From a plasmid, in sequence record NZ_CP118990.1: DNA of 64,000 bases; one strand, given 5' to 3'. A model generated the notes under the pieces. The model was not told the DNA's origin and did not search any database. It worked only from the letters and a program-made list of their open reading frames with translations. Position numbers and translations under genes: made by a program. Shown here in pieces: positions 1 to 8,649 of this stretch (position 1 is its first letter; every line of letters begins with the position of its first letter).

Positions 1-1
1 T

Positions 2-124
2 GACGTGTCCAACAAGGTCATGTTCCTGCATCAGGGGCGGGTGGAGGAGGAGGGCAATCCCAAAGAGATCTTCGCCCATCCCAAGTCGGAGCGATTCAAG
101 CAATTCATCTCTTCCATCTATTGA
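2..124 (+). CDS. ABC transporter ATP-binding subunit, C-terminal fragment (HisP/ArtP-like), partial at window start
   Basis: Frame 2 translates ...NKVMFLHQGRVEEEGNPKEIFAHPKSERFKQFISSIY and ends at TGA 122-124. This is typical of the C-terminus of a polar amino-acid ABC ATPase. It lies directly upstream of the binding-protein gene. Confidence 0.5.
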   Translation, partial: DVSNKVMFLHQGRVEEEGNPKEIFAHPKSERFKQFISSIY

Positions 125-189
125 TGGTCGAGCTGTATTTTCAACAATCTGCGTTTTCAATGATCGACGTGTTTATCAAGGAGAGATAC

Positions 190-963
190 ATGAACAAGCT
201 GATGCTGGCGACTGCCGTGATGACGGCCCTGTGTTCCGGTAGCCTGATGGCCAAGGAGTGGAAAGAGGTGCGGATCGGGGTGGAAGGTGCCTATCCTCCC
301 TTCTCCTGGACCGAGCCGAGCGGCGAGGTGAAAGGCTTTGACATCGACATCGCCAACGCCCTGTGCGAAGAGATGAAGGTGAAGTGCACCCTGGTCAAGC
401 AGGACTGGGACGGCATCATTCCGGCGCTGTTGTCGCGCAAGTATGACGCCATCATCGCCACCATGGACATCACCGAAGAGCGCAAGAAGAAGGTGGACTT
501 CACCCAGAAGTACCAGCACATTCCGGCCCGCTTCGCCGCCAAGAAAGGCACCGAGGTGCAGCTCGACAAGGCCTTCATGGATGGCAAGACCATCGCCGTG
601 CAGCGCGCCACCTCCATGGACACCTACATCACCGACAACTTCCCCAACGCTACCATCAAGCGCTACGGCACCGCAGACGAAGCCTATCTCGATCTGAAAT
701 CCGGCCGGGTTGACTATGTGATGGCCGACTCCGCCGCCATCAGCGACGGTCTGCTGAAGAAAGAGGGTGGCGATGCCTTCGAATTCGTCGGCCCGAAACT
801 GACCGATCCCAAGTGGTTTGGCGAGGGCGCCGGCATAGCGGTACGCAAGGCAGACAAGGATCTGAAAGAGAAATTCAATGCCGCCATCCTGGCCCTGCGC
901 GCCAACGGCAAGTACAAGGAAATCAACGACAAGTACTTCGACTTCGACGTTTACGGCGAGTAA
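190..963 (+). CDS. periplasmic basic amino acid (Lys/Arg/Orn/His)-binding protein, HisJ/ArgT/ArtJ family
   Basis: ORF 121..963. AAGGAGAG RBS precedes ATG 190. The signal peptide is MNKLMLATAVMTALCSGSLMA. Family-3 solute-binding protein sequence. It is followed by hisQ/hisM-like permeases. Confidence 0.8.
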   Translation: MNKLMLATAVMTALCSGSLMAKEWKEVRIGVEGAYPPFSWTEPSGEVKGFDIDIANALCEEMKVKCTLVKQDWDGIIPALLSRKYDAIIATMDITEERKKKVDFTQKYQHIPARFAAKKGTEVQLDKAFMDGKTIAVQRATSMDTYITDNFPNATIKRYGTADEAYLDLKSGRVDYVMADSAAISDGLLKKEGGDAFEFVGPKLTDPKWFGEGAGIAVRKADKDLKEKFNAAILALRANGKYKEINDKYFDFDVYGE

Positions 964-1122
964 CCCCCAGGCGCGCTACCCCGGGTAGCCGCCGAAGGGA
1001 TTGCGGCGAATCATCACGACAGGTTGACCCTCGTCTGTAGTCATCGGGCCCGTTGTCTCTCGCAAGGGAGCGATGGGCCCGCTTAGTTGCAATGGAGCTG
1101 CATGTGTTTGGTTTGAAACCGA

Positions 1123-2840
1123 CATTCCGCACCTGATTTAGGAATAAATTTGCCGATAGCGCTCACCCAATACCTCCAAAATGATCTGCTGGTCTCCTGT
1201 TAGCTCCGTTACTTGTGGCGGAGCTTCTCCCAGTCGATATTCATGGATGCCACCAAAGCGCAAAAAGATCCAACGGGCCGTCGGCTGCTGGGTCGGTTTC
1301 TTTTTCATATCCGCCACACTGCGATTCTGCTCCACTAATCCCTGCCGGATCCGGTGCTCCAACGCTGCGTAAATCATCAGGCTACAGGTCATCACCATGA
1401 GCAACGCTTCAATCCGCTCCGGCTTTTTCAGGTACAGTGAGGAGGTTAAAAACTCCGGGCTCTTGAGAAAACGAAAGCCCCGTTCGACATTCTGCTGCGC
1501 TTTATAGGTGGCCAAAAGTTCGGCCATGGTCAGCGTATCGCTGTGGTCATTGGTCGCCAGGATGAACACCCCGGTCTGGTTGCGGGCCTCTTCAACGCAA
1601 GCCAGGCTAGTTGCCGCCAACCCAGTGATTTGAAACTGATGGCCAATTGGCTCTTCGCCACGCTTGGGTCTGCCACGTCCTGTATAAACGGGTTCACCTA
1701 CCACTTCGGCATCCAGTTGCAGCAGCATCAAGCTGGCGGTAAAACAGCTCAACTCAGCTTGGGCATCCGCCTCACAAGCAAAGCGTCGGGCACACAATTT
1801 GGCGAAGGCTTTGAGCTCGCGGGTACTGTCTTTGAGCAGGTTTTTGGCCAATGTCTGCTGCTCGCGGTGGCTGGCTTGTTCGCTGCGCACCAGCAACCAA
1901 CGTTGCGCGACCCCGGCATAATTCGCGTGTTGCCAACGGCCATGATAGCCATTGCCCAGAGCGGTCAGCGGTTGTGCACCTATGGTTGCCACGGCCTGCT
2001 TTGCCTCATTGAGAGTGACGGGCACCCGGGTCACAAATAGTTGCTGCTGTTGCGCCAGTAATTGCAAGGTATCGGCGCAGTACAGTGCGGCATCGCCGAC
2101 CAGATAACGGCACTCCTGCGCGGCCTTGAGACTGCTCAAATGGCGACGAACGGTCTGGGCAAAGGCTTTGGTGTCATTACTATTGCCGCTCAGGGCCTGC
2201 ATATAGACAGGTAGGCCGGCCTGATTTTCACAGATGAGCTCAAGGATCACTTGATTCAGCTCTGGCCGGTGATCACGACTATAACCACGCACCAGTTGCA
2301 GCTTACCGACCAGATCCCCATCGGCACAGTCATAGGCGCCATCGACGTGGAAGCTGGTAATATCGAGGTGCACTGCGGTGCTTTTGAGCCCCAGCCGCTC
2401 GACAACTTGCGCCGCCATCACCTGATACAAGGCGCTGACATCGGCCTCAAAGAGGGCATCGAGACAGCGACCGAGCACATCATCATTGAGGTCATCAGCA
2501 CAGATCCCGGGGCCAATCAGGCGCTCAACCGGCTTGTTAGCGAAGAATTGCGGGAACATGTGCAGGGTGCTGCTGTGAAAGCCGAGGCCGTTCACTATCA
2601 TGGCGACCAAGGCTTCACCATGTGAGACCTTGAAAGGCGGGGTTTTGGGGAGCAAGGCATCGATCATGCGGGCAATGCCCAGTTCCTGGCAGAGTGCGGC
2701 GACCAAACCAAGGTGATCGAGGTTACGGATCGAGATAGCGGGTGCGGCCATGATGATCTACCTGCAAAAGAGAGTAATAGATCAGAACTGCCGATCGCCG
2801 TCAAGCACTGAAAATAGCAAAATCAGGTGCGGAATGACGG
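1123..2840. mobile_element. IS element, IS4 superfamily (IS1634-like), with 17-bp terminal inverted repeats
   Basis: CATTCCGCACCTGATTT at 1123-1139 is the reverse complement of AAATCAGGTGCGGAATG at 2824-2840. These bracket a single 537-aa transposase ORF. The element is inserted between the binding-protein gene and hisQ. Confidence 0.6.
1138..2751 (-). CDS. DDE transposase (IS1634/IS4 family-like, 537 aa)
   Basis: ORF 1138..2751 on the minus strand. Its N-terminus MAAPAISIRNLDHLGLVAALCQELGIARMIDALLP is typical of IS1634-group transposases. The size fits and it is flanked by inverted repeats. Confidence 0.7.
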   Translation of the reverse strand: MAAPAISIRNLDHLGLVAALCQELGIARMIDALLPKTPPFKVSHGEALVAMIVNGLGFHSSTLHMFPQFFANKPVERLIGPGICADDLNDDVLGRCLDALFEADVSALYQVMAAQVVERLGLKSTAVHLDITSFHVDGAYDCADGDLVGKLQLVRGYSRDHRPELNQVILELICENQAGLPVYMQALSGNSNDTKAFAQTVRRHLSSLKAAQECRYLVGDAALYCADTLQLLAQQQQLFVTRVPVTLNEAKQAVATIGAQPLTALGNGYHGRWQHANYAGVAQRWLLVRSEQASHREQQTLAKNLLKDSTRELKAFAKLCARRFACEADAQAELSCFTASLMLLQLDAEVVGEPVYTGRGRPKRGEEPIGHQFQITGLAATSLACVEEARNQTGVFILATNDHSDTLTMAELLATYKAQQNVERGFRFLKSPEFLTSSLYLKKPERIEALLMVMTCSLMIYAALEHRIRQGLVEQNRSVADMKKKPTQQPTARWIFLRFGGIHEYRLGEAPPQVTELTGDQQIILEVLGERYRQIYS

Positions 2841-2883
2841 TTGAAAGGATATTGGGACGGGCAAGCCCGCTCAATGCGTTGCA

Positions 2884-3636
2884 ATGGAGCCGCATATGTT
2901 TGATTTGAAAGGATACGAAGCCTCCCTGCTGGAGGGGGCCTGGGTCACCCTGGAGGTGGCGCTGGCTTCCCTGCTGCTGGCGCTGCTGCTGGGCATGCTG
3001 GGAGCGCTGGCCAAGCTTTCCCCCTACAAGTGGGCGCGCGGCATCGCGACCGCCTACACCACCGTCATTCGCGGCATCCCTGATCTGGTGCTGATGATGC
3101 TGCTGTTCTTCGGCGGCCAGGTGCTGATCAACGGGATCTGTACCTGGGTCAACGAGGCCTACAACAACTACCTGCTGGAGAGCAATCCGAACCAGGAGTG
3201 GGTTTCCCTGCTGCCGGATTACATCGACATCAGTCCCTTTGCGGCCGGGGTCGCCACCATCGGCTTCATCTTCGGCGCCTACATGACCGAGACCTTCCGC
3301 GGCGCCATCCTGGCGGTGGACAAGGGAGAGCTGGAAGCCGCTCGCGCCTTTGGCATGCGGGCGACCCAGGTGTTTATACGGATCCTCTTTCCCCAGATGA
3401 TGCGCCACGCCCTGCCGGGCTTTGGCAATAACTGGCTGGTACTGCTGAAAACCACGGCCCTGGTCTCCATCATCGGGCTCGATGACATGGTGCGCAAGGC
3501 GTCCCTGGCGGCGGGCTCGACCCAGCAGCCGTTTACCTTCTACATGGCGGTGGCGTTGATCTTCCTGATCTTCACCGCGGTCTCGACCTCGGCTCTCAAG
3601 TGGGCCGAACGTCATTACGCCATCAAGACGAGGTAA
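2884..3636 (+). CDS. hisQ: histidine/basic amino acid ABC transporter permease HisQ-like
   Basis: ORF 2884..3636. It carries the EAA-loop permease motifs. The segment RGIPDLVLMMLLFFGGQ is closely similar to enterobacterial HisQ. The start may be ATG 2884 or 2896. Confidence 0.85.
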   Translation: MEPHMFDLKGYEASLLEGAWVTLEVALASLLLALLLGMLGALAKLSPYKWARGIATAYTTVIRGIPDLVLMMLLFFGGQVLINGICTWVNEAYNNYLLESNPNQEWVSLLPDYIDISPFAAGVATIGFIFGAYMTETFRGAILAVDKGELEAARAFGMRATQVFIRILFPQMMRHALPGFGNNWLVLLKTTALVSIIGLDDMVRKASLAAGSTQQPFTFYMAVALIFLIFTAVSTSALKWAERHYAIKTR

Positions 3637-3729
3637 GCCATGCCGTATTCAATGCAGTCATTCGTTTACAGTGATAGTCGCGGTGTCAGTGCCGAGCGTA
3701 TCTACATCACGATCAAGACGAGGTAAGCC
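3620..3729. repeat. 22-bp direct repeat of the hisQ-stop/hisM-start junction flanking a 66-bp insert
   Basis: ATCAAGACGAGGTAAGCCATG occurs at 3620-3641 and again at 3708-3729. The second copy supplies the hisM start codon. Confidence 0.6.
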
Positions 3730-4422
3730 ATGGATTTCTCCATCATTCTCACGGAGTGGCCCACCTATTGGGAGGGCTTCTACACCACCATCTGGCTGGT
3801 GGCGGCCTCCCTCATGCTTGGCCTCATGCTGGCGGTGCCCATGGGCATTTTGCGCAACAGCCGCAACTGGCTGATCAAGGGGCCGATCTGGGCATATATC
3901 TACTTCTTCCGCGGCACCCCGCTGCTGGTGCAGTTGTTCATCATCTACTACGGCGCCGCCCAGTGGGAGTGGCTCAAAAACGGCCCCGCCTGGGTGCTCT
4001 TCTCCGAGGCCTGGTTCTGCGCCCTGCTGGCGTTCACCCTCAACACCGGTGCCTACACCGCCGAAATAGTGCGCGGCGCCGTGCTGAACATGCCAAAGGG
4101 ACAGATCGAGGCGGCCAATGCGTTTGGCATGAGCCGCTGGCAGACCCTCACCCGCATCATACTGCCCAACTCGTTTCGCCGTGCGCTGCCCGCCTACAGC
4201 AACGAGGTGATCTTCATGCTGCAGGGCTCGGCGGTGGCGGGCATCATCACCATCGTCGACCTGACCGGTGCCGCGCGGATCATCAACTCCCGCTACTACA
4301 GCCCGTTCGAGGCGTTCCTGACCGCCGGCCTGCTCTACATGCTGCTCACCTTCGCCATCGTCTGGCTGTTCAAGAAGTGGGAGGCCCGCTGGCATGCGCA
4401 CCTGCGTCCCCGCAGTGTCTGA
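3730..4422 (+). CDS. hisM: histidine/basic amino acid ABC transporter permease HisM-like
   Basis: ORF 3730..4422. Strong similarity to HisM, for example YIFRGTPLLVQLFIIYYG, NTGAYTAEIVRGAV and ALPAYSNEVIFML. Confidence 0.85.
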   Translation: MDFSIILTEWPTYWEGFYTTIWLVAASLMLGLMLAVPMGILRNSRNWLIKGPIWAYIYFFRGTPLLVQLFIIYYGAAQWEWLKNGPAWVLFSEAWFCALLAFTLNTGAYTAEIVRGAVLNMPKGQIEAANAFGMSRWQTLTRIILPNSFRRALPAYSNEVIFMLQGSAVAGIITIVDLTGAARIINSRYYSPFEAFLTAGLLYMLLTFAIVWLFKKWEARWHAHLRPRSV

Positions 4423-4444
4423 CCTGATACAAAAGCCAGAGACA

Positions 4445-4471
4445 AAAAAGCCCGCAGTTGCGGGCTTTTTC
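4445..4471. terminator. bidirectional rho-independent terminator between hisM (+) and kpsS (-)
   Basis: AAAAAAGCCCGCAGTTGCGGGCTTTTT is a GC stem with A-run and T-run flanks. Confidence 0.7.
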
Positions 4472-4485
4472 TTGCTCGGCATGAG

Positions 4486-5799
4486 CTAGAGCATGGTCAC
4501 CGGAGTGAGCATCTCCTCGGTCAGGAGGCAAAATGCACTCAGGATGGCCAAGGCCCCGACAACGCCGGAAGGTGTTGCCGCGCGTTGACTCTTCTGGGCA
4601 GAGAGGGCCTGCACATTGTGCTGCTGGATCTTCTCCACCACGGCCATGGCTCCCATGTCCAGATGACGGTAGAAGCTGGCATTGAGCTGGGTCAGATGCA
4701 GCAATGACTGGCGCATCCGCTCGAAGGTCTCGCTGCAAACCGGGCTCTGCTTGTGCCAGAACTTCGCCAGCGTGCCCCGGGTGGTGAGCCCAGGCAGGTC
4801 GTAGAGGGCCCGCCCCATGCAGAAGGTCGGCACCTGGTGCAGCAGGGCGGAGAGGCCCACCGTGCTGTTGATGGTGATAACCCCTTTGAGCAGCGGATAG
4901 AGGGTGGGCAGTGGCAGCTCATAGCCATAGAACACCCGCCCTTCCAGCCCGAGCAGCGTCACCAGGCGGTTGATCTGGGGCTGATAGCTGACATAGCCCC
5001 GATCCATGGGGTGGTGCTTGAACAGCAACACATCCTCGTGGCGGGCGTGCTCGGCGAAGGAGTTCATCACCTGGGCGACCATCTCTTCCACCCCGCTCAA
5101 ATCCGAATGCTCCCGGATCTGAAAGTCTTCGGTGACCTGCAGCGGCACGAAGAAGATATGCCCCTTGTGCCGGGGCAGAGCCTTGAGCAGGGAGTGGTCG
5201 CTCCATCTGTGCTTCCACTTCACCAGGCCCCCAGCGACCCAGCCCCTGGCCTCCTGATAGAGACTCCAGGGCCTGTGATTGACGAAATGGGGGTAGCGCC
5301 AGCGCAACAGGTTCTTGTTGATGTGGTAGCGGCTGGCATACCAGGCCCGGCGTGCGAAGGTCTTGCCCACTTTCAGCGGCGCCTCATAAGGCGCTGGCCA
5401 TGTCATCTCGGCCAGCGAGTCACGCTTGGCATAGAGCGGGCTAAAGGCATTGACGCCCCCTTGCTCCAGGGTCACGAAATCGGGACGCAGGTAGCCCTCC
5501 TCCATGGCCCAGACACGGATTTTTTTCAGCTTGCAGATACGGATGGCCTGCTGATGGTAGTAACGGCAATCACCGTAACAGATGAGGCTGTCGATGCCAT
5601 GGTGCTTGATGAAGCGGCGAAAGAAGGTGTTCCAGGTATCCGGCTTGCCGGTGAAGCGTTCGCTATGGCCCACGCAGCGCCAGCACTCATCCCCCCCGTT
5701 GAAATGGATCTTGTAGACCTCGTGGCCGGCGTCGGAAAGCGCCTGGCTGAGGGTCTGAAAGAAGGGGCCCAGCGGTCCTTGCAGCAGCAAAATCTTCAT
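4486..5799 (-). CDS. kpsS: capsule polysaccharide export/biosynthesis protein KpsS (beta-Kdo transferase family)
   Basis: ORF 4486..5799 minus strand. LLLQGPLGPFF...FNGGD...EEGYLRPDF...GGVNAF matches the E. coli KpsS N-terminal region. Confidence 0.8.
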   Translation of the reverse strand: MKILLLQGPLGPFFQTLSQALSDAGHEVYKIHFNGGDECWRCVGHSERFTGKPDTWNTFFRRFIKHHGIDSLICYGDCRYYHQQAIRICKLKKIRVWAMEEGYLRPDFVTLEQGGVNAFSPLYAKRDSLAEMTWPAPYEAPLKVGKTFARRAWYASRYHINKNLLRWRYPHFVNHRPWSLYQEARGWVAGGLVKWKHRWSDHSLLKALPRHKGHIFFVPLQVTEDFQIREHSDLSGVEEMVAQVMNSFAEHARHEDVLLFKHHPMDRGYVSYQPQINRLVTLLGLEGRVFYGYELPLPTLYPLLKGVITINSTVGLSALLHQVPTFCMGRALYDLPGLTTRGTLAKFWHKQSPVCSETFERMRQSLLHLTQLNASFYRHLDMGAMAVVEKIQQHNVQALSAQKSQRAATPSGVVGALAILSAFCLLTEEMLTPVTML

Positions 5800-5806
5800 G
5801 TACGAC

Positions 5807-7891
5807 TTATCTCATCAACTGGGGAAGGGAGGGGCGTTGCAGCAGGGTCTGCGCCAGATAGCTCAGCTTGACTTGCCAACGTTGCCAGCGGCTCGACTTG
5901 CGGCCGGATGATTGACCTTGCGTGGCCAGTTGGCGGATCAGCTGCTCCGGACTTATCCAGAGTCCGCTCTGCCAATCGATATAGAGCGGATAGGCCACCA
6001 GGGTCAGATAGACCAGTGCCGCCAGGGGGAGCGAGCGCTGGCGCCGGGCCGGGGGATGGGCATCCGTGGTCAGTCCCCAGCCGCTGTAGAAGGGCTGGCC
6101 CCAGGTCGTCACCTTGACCCCTTGCACCAGCGCCTCGAAGCCGCTCAGGGAAGTCATGGTGTGCAGCTCGTCCACGTGGGGATAGAGGCTGGTCAGGCCG
6201 ATATCCAGCACCTGGCTGTCCACACACTCCGCCAGGCAGGCCGCAGAAATCGCCCCGGCCCGATTGCCCGCCACCACATCCGGGTGGGGCTTGTAGAGAA
6301 TGTGGGCCTCTGGCTTGGCGGCGCGCACCGCCCACAGCAACTGCTCGTTGCTGCGAATGGTCGGGCTGCCGGTCAGGATGGAGGCATCCCCATCCACCTG
6401 GCCCACCACCAGCACCAGGGGACGGCCATCGGCGGGAGGCGTGAAGTGCGCCGGGGCGCCGACATTGTATTTGCTCACCTTGTTTTCGCGCAGCAGGGTG
6501 AGCAGTTGCTCGCCCCGGTCGAGCTGTGACCGGGTCAGCTCCTGATAATTGAGCAACTGTTCGAGTCCACTGGGGCTGCGGCTGTCGAAATAGATCCCGA
6601 CCGGATCCAGCGACAGGGAAGAGGGGCGGCACAGGTTGGAGCCAAGCCCCCTGGAGCGGATAAAGCCATCTTCCACCCGAATGGCCGAGGTGAGCTCGGG
6701 GTAACGACTGCCCCATACCAACACCTGTTCATCCCCGGTCAGCCGTTTTGGCGGCTTGCGCACAAAACAGAGTTCCTCAGCTAGGGGCTGGCAGAAGGCC
6801 TGCATAAAGGCACGTTTCCACAAGGAGAACCCCACCAGATAGAGCCTGCGCCAGCGGGGAGCGGCCTTCTGCTGGCGGGCGATGATGGCGATCACCTCTT
6901 CCACCTCGCAGCGTTGGCCAAGCACGGGATCCAGATAGCGGGGATAGCAGATCAGCGCCGCCGCCACTAGCTGGGCCAGTGAGACCTGAACGTTGCGGCG
7001 TTCGCACGGTTTGCTGTCCTGGGTCAGACCCCAACCCGCATAAAACGGCATGCCGAAGCAATACACCGATTTGCCGAGCAGCAGCGCCTCGAAGCCGAGC
7101 TGGGATGACACTGTGTAAACGGCATCCACCAGGTTGAGCAGGGCATGGGGATGACAATGGTCAGCAACGATCTCTACATCCCTCAGTTTCAGTCTGGCCA
7201 GCACGCCACGCTTCTTACCAAAGCGGGTGTCCGGGTGGGTGCGAAGCAAGAGGCGGGCATCGGGATGATTGCGCCGCGCCGCCTCCACCATGGCGATAAA
7301 GTCCGCCTCGCTTGCCAGAGCGCCGGGAATGGAGAGATCCCCGGCCACCTGATCCACCAGCAAGACCCTGGGCCTGCCATCTTGCTGCAGGCGCTGGGCC
7401 AGTGCCACAGGCAGCCCGGCGACATCCTTCGCCGTCAGGCTGGTCGCCGAACAAGAAGAGAGAGAGGCGGGTCGCCCGGCATAGCAGTTGTATTTGGTGA
7501 CCCCAAGGCGCACCAGCTCATGGACAAGCCGCTCGGCTCGCGTCAGCATGGCGGCATCACAGGGAGTGGCGATCAGTTGCTCTAGCTGGCTGGGCTGGCG
7601 TGCATCGTAATAGATACCGACCGGATCGGCGATAAGGGACACCGCCTTGCCGCCCTTGGCCGGATGGCCGATATAGCCAATAAAGCCATCTTCCAGCTGC
7701 CAATAGGGCAGGCCCAATTCCTGTGCTTTCTGCTTAATCTGGCGGGTATTGGCTTTTTGGCCCCAGCCGATGCAAACATCTTCCTCTGCGGGAATGTCGG
7801 AAGAGGTAAGACGTTGCAAGGGCTGATTCAGGCACGCGCAAAGTTCTTGAGCGCGTGCCACCATCCCAGATGATGTTGTCCATAGCGTCAT
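5807..7891 (-). CDS. kpsC: capsule polysaccharide export/biosynthesis protein KpsC (two-domain beta-Kdo transferase)
   Basis: 694-aa ORF with duplicated KpsC/KpsS-like halves. It lies immediately upstream of kpsS on the same strand. Confidence 0.8.
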   Translation of the reverse strand: MTLWTTSSGMVARAQELCACLNQPLQRLTSSDIPAEEDVCIGWGQKANTRQIKQKAQELGLPYWQLEDGFIGYIGHPAKGGKAVSLIADPVGIYYDARQPSQLEQLIATPCDAAMLTRAERLVHELVRLGVTKYNCYAGRPASLSSCSATSLTAKDVAGLPVALAQRLQQDGRPRVLLVDQVAGDLSIPGALASEADFIAMVEAARRNHPDARLLLRTHPDTRFGKKRGVLARLKLRDVEIVADHCHPHALLNLVDAVYTVSSQLGFEALLLGKSVYCFGMPFYAGWGLTQDSKPCERRNVQVSLAQLVAAALICYPRYLDPVLGQRCEVEEVIAIIARQQKAAPRWRRLYLVGFSLWKRAFMQAFCQPLAEELCFVRKPPKRLTGDEQVLVWGSRYPELTSAIRVEDGFIRSRGLGSNLCRPSSLSLDPVGIYFDSRSPSGLEQLLNYQELTRSQLDRGEQLLTLLRENKVSKYNVGAPAHFTPPADGRPLVLVVGQVDGDASILTGSPTIRSNEQLLWAVRAAKPEAHILYKPHPDVVAGNRAGAISAACLAECVDSQVLDIGLTSLYPHVDELHTMTSLSGFEALVQGVKVTTWGQPFYSGWGLTTDAHPPARRQRSLPLAALVYLTLVAYPLYIDWQSGLWISPEQLIRQLATQGQSSGRKSSRWQRWQVKLSYLAQTLLQRPSLPQLMR

Positions 7892-7911
7892 TATTGATTC
7901 TCGCTACGCGG

Positions 7912-8646
7912 TTAATTGTTTTTTATGAAGAGTTCATATTCAGCGGGGATACCGCAGAAAATAACTTCTTCTGGAGCGATAATGCTATATCTGATGTCTG
8001 CACCTTCATTTATCAGTTGATTATACAACGGTGCAATATAATATTCTCCTGCATCAAGGTCTTTCAATGATATTTGCTGGTATTTATTGAATGCACGAAT
8101 GAAGTCTTTTGTATATCGCCAAAAATAAAGGCCTGTACAGCAGTATTTTGAGATCTCCTTTTTCTCGGCTGTCAGCGCAACACTATGGGCATCTTCATTC
8201 TTTGGCAGAATATTGCTCCAGTTTTTACCTTCACCAATAAAGGTTTCTAAATAGCCATCGACATTTTTAATGTCAAAAGTACTTGGGTAGGTAAATCCAG
8301 GGCGGAACGTATCTATGTTAAAGATTAACAGTGATTCGTCCATTGCGATGTTAGCTGCAATCAGCCCAAGCTGAACTGTTTGTGCCTGTCCTTTAGTAGG
8401 TTCATCCAAAATAACAATTTTAAAATCATTAATACCTAAGCTCAAACATTCTGAGTGGATAAACTCATACGTGTCATTGACATCAAGGGCAATGAATAGG
8501 AATTTTTCAGAGTTGAAATATTTCTGGAAACTGCTAACAGAATGGTTAAACAGCGTTTTTCCATGTGCCTCTAGCATGTATTTAGGTTTTGTATATCCGG
8601 CGCTTTTAAACCGAGAGGAAAGACCTGCCATAGGGATAACAATCAT
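7912..8646 (-). CDS. putative sugar/phospho-alcohol nucleotidyltransferase (LicC/NTP-transferase-like) of capsule region 2
   Basis: AT-rich ORF. N-terminal MIVIPMAGLSSRF is a nucleotidyltransferase glycine-rich loop. It is clustered with a kinase and a HAD phosphatase. Confidence 0.45.
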   Translation of the reverse strand: MIVIPMAGLSSRFKSAGYTKPKYMLEAHGKTLFNHSVSSFQKYFNSEKFLFIALDVNDTYEFIHSECLSLGINDFKIVILDEPTKGQAQTVQLGLIAANIAMDESLLIFNIDTFRPGFTYPSTFDIKNVDGYLETFIGEGKNWSNILPKNEDAHSVALTAEKKEISKYCCTGLYFWRYTKDFIRAFNKYQQISLKDLDAGEYYIAPLYNQLINEGADIRYSIIAPEEVIFCGIPAEYELFIKNN

Positions 8647-8649
8647 GCT

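Noticed and set aside
121-189. N-terminal extension of the binding-protein ORF (MMVELYFQQSAFSMIDVFIKERY)
   Set aside because: It overlaps the upstream gene stop. The signal peptide starts at Met 190, which has a strong AAGGAGAG RBS.
3658-4482. 274-aa minus-strand ORF and 223/230-aa plus-strand alternatives over hisM
   Set aside because: The hisM frame has clear homology. The others are frame artefacts.
5796-6716. 306-aa minus-strand and 205-aa plus-strand ORFs overlapping kpsC
   Set aside because: They lie in alternative or antisense frames of a well-supported kpsC gene. They are typical GC-rich shadow ORFs.
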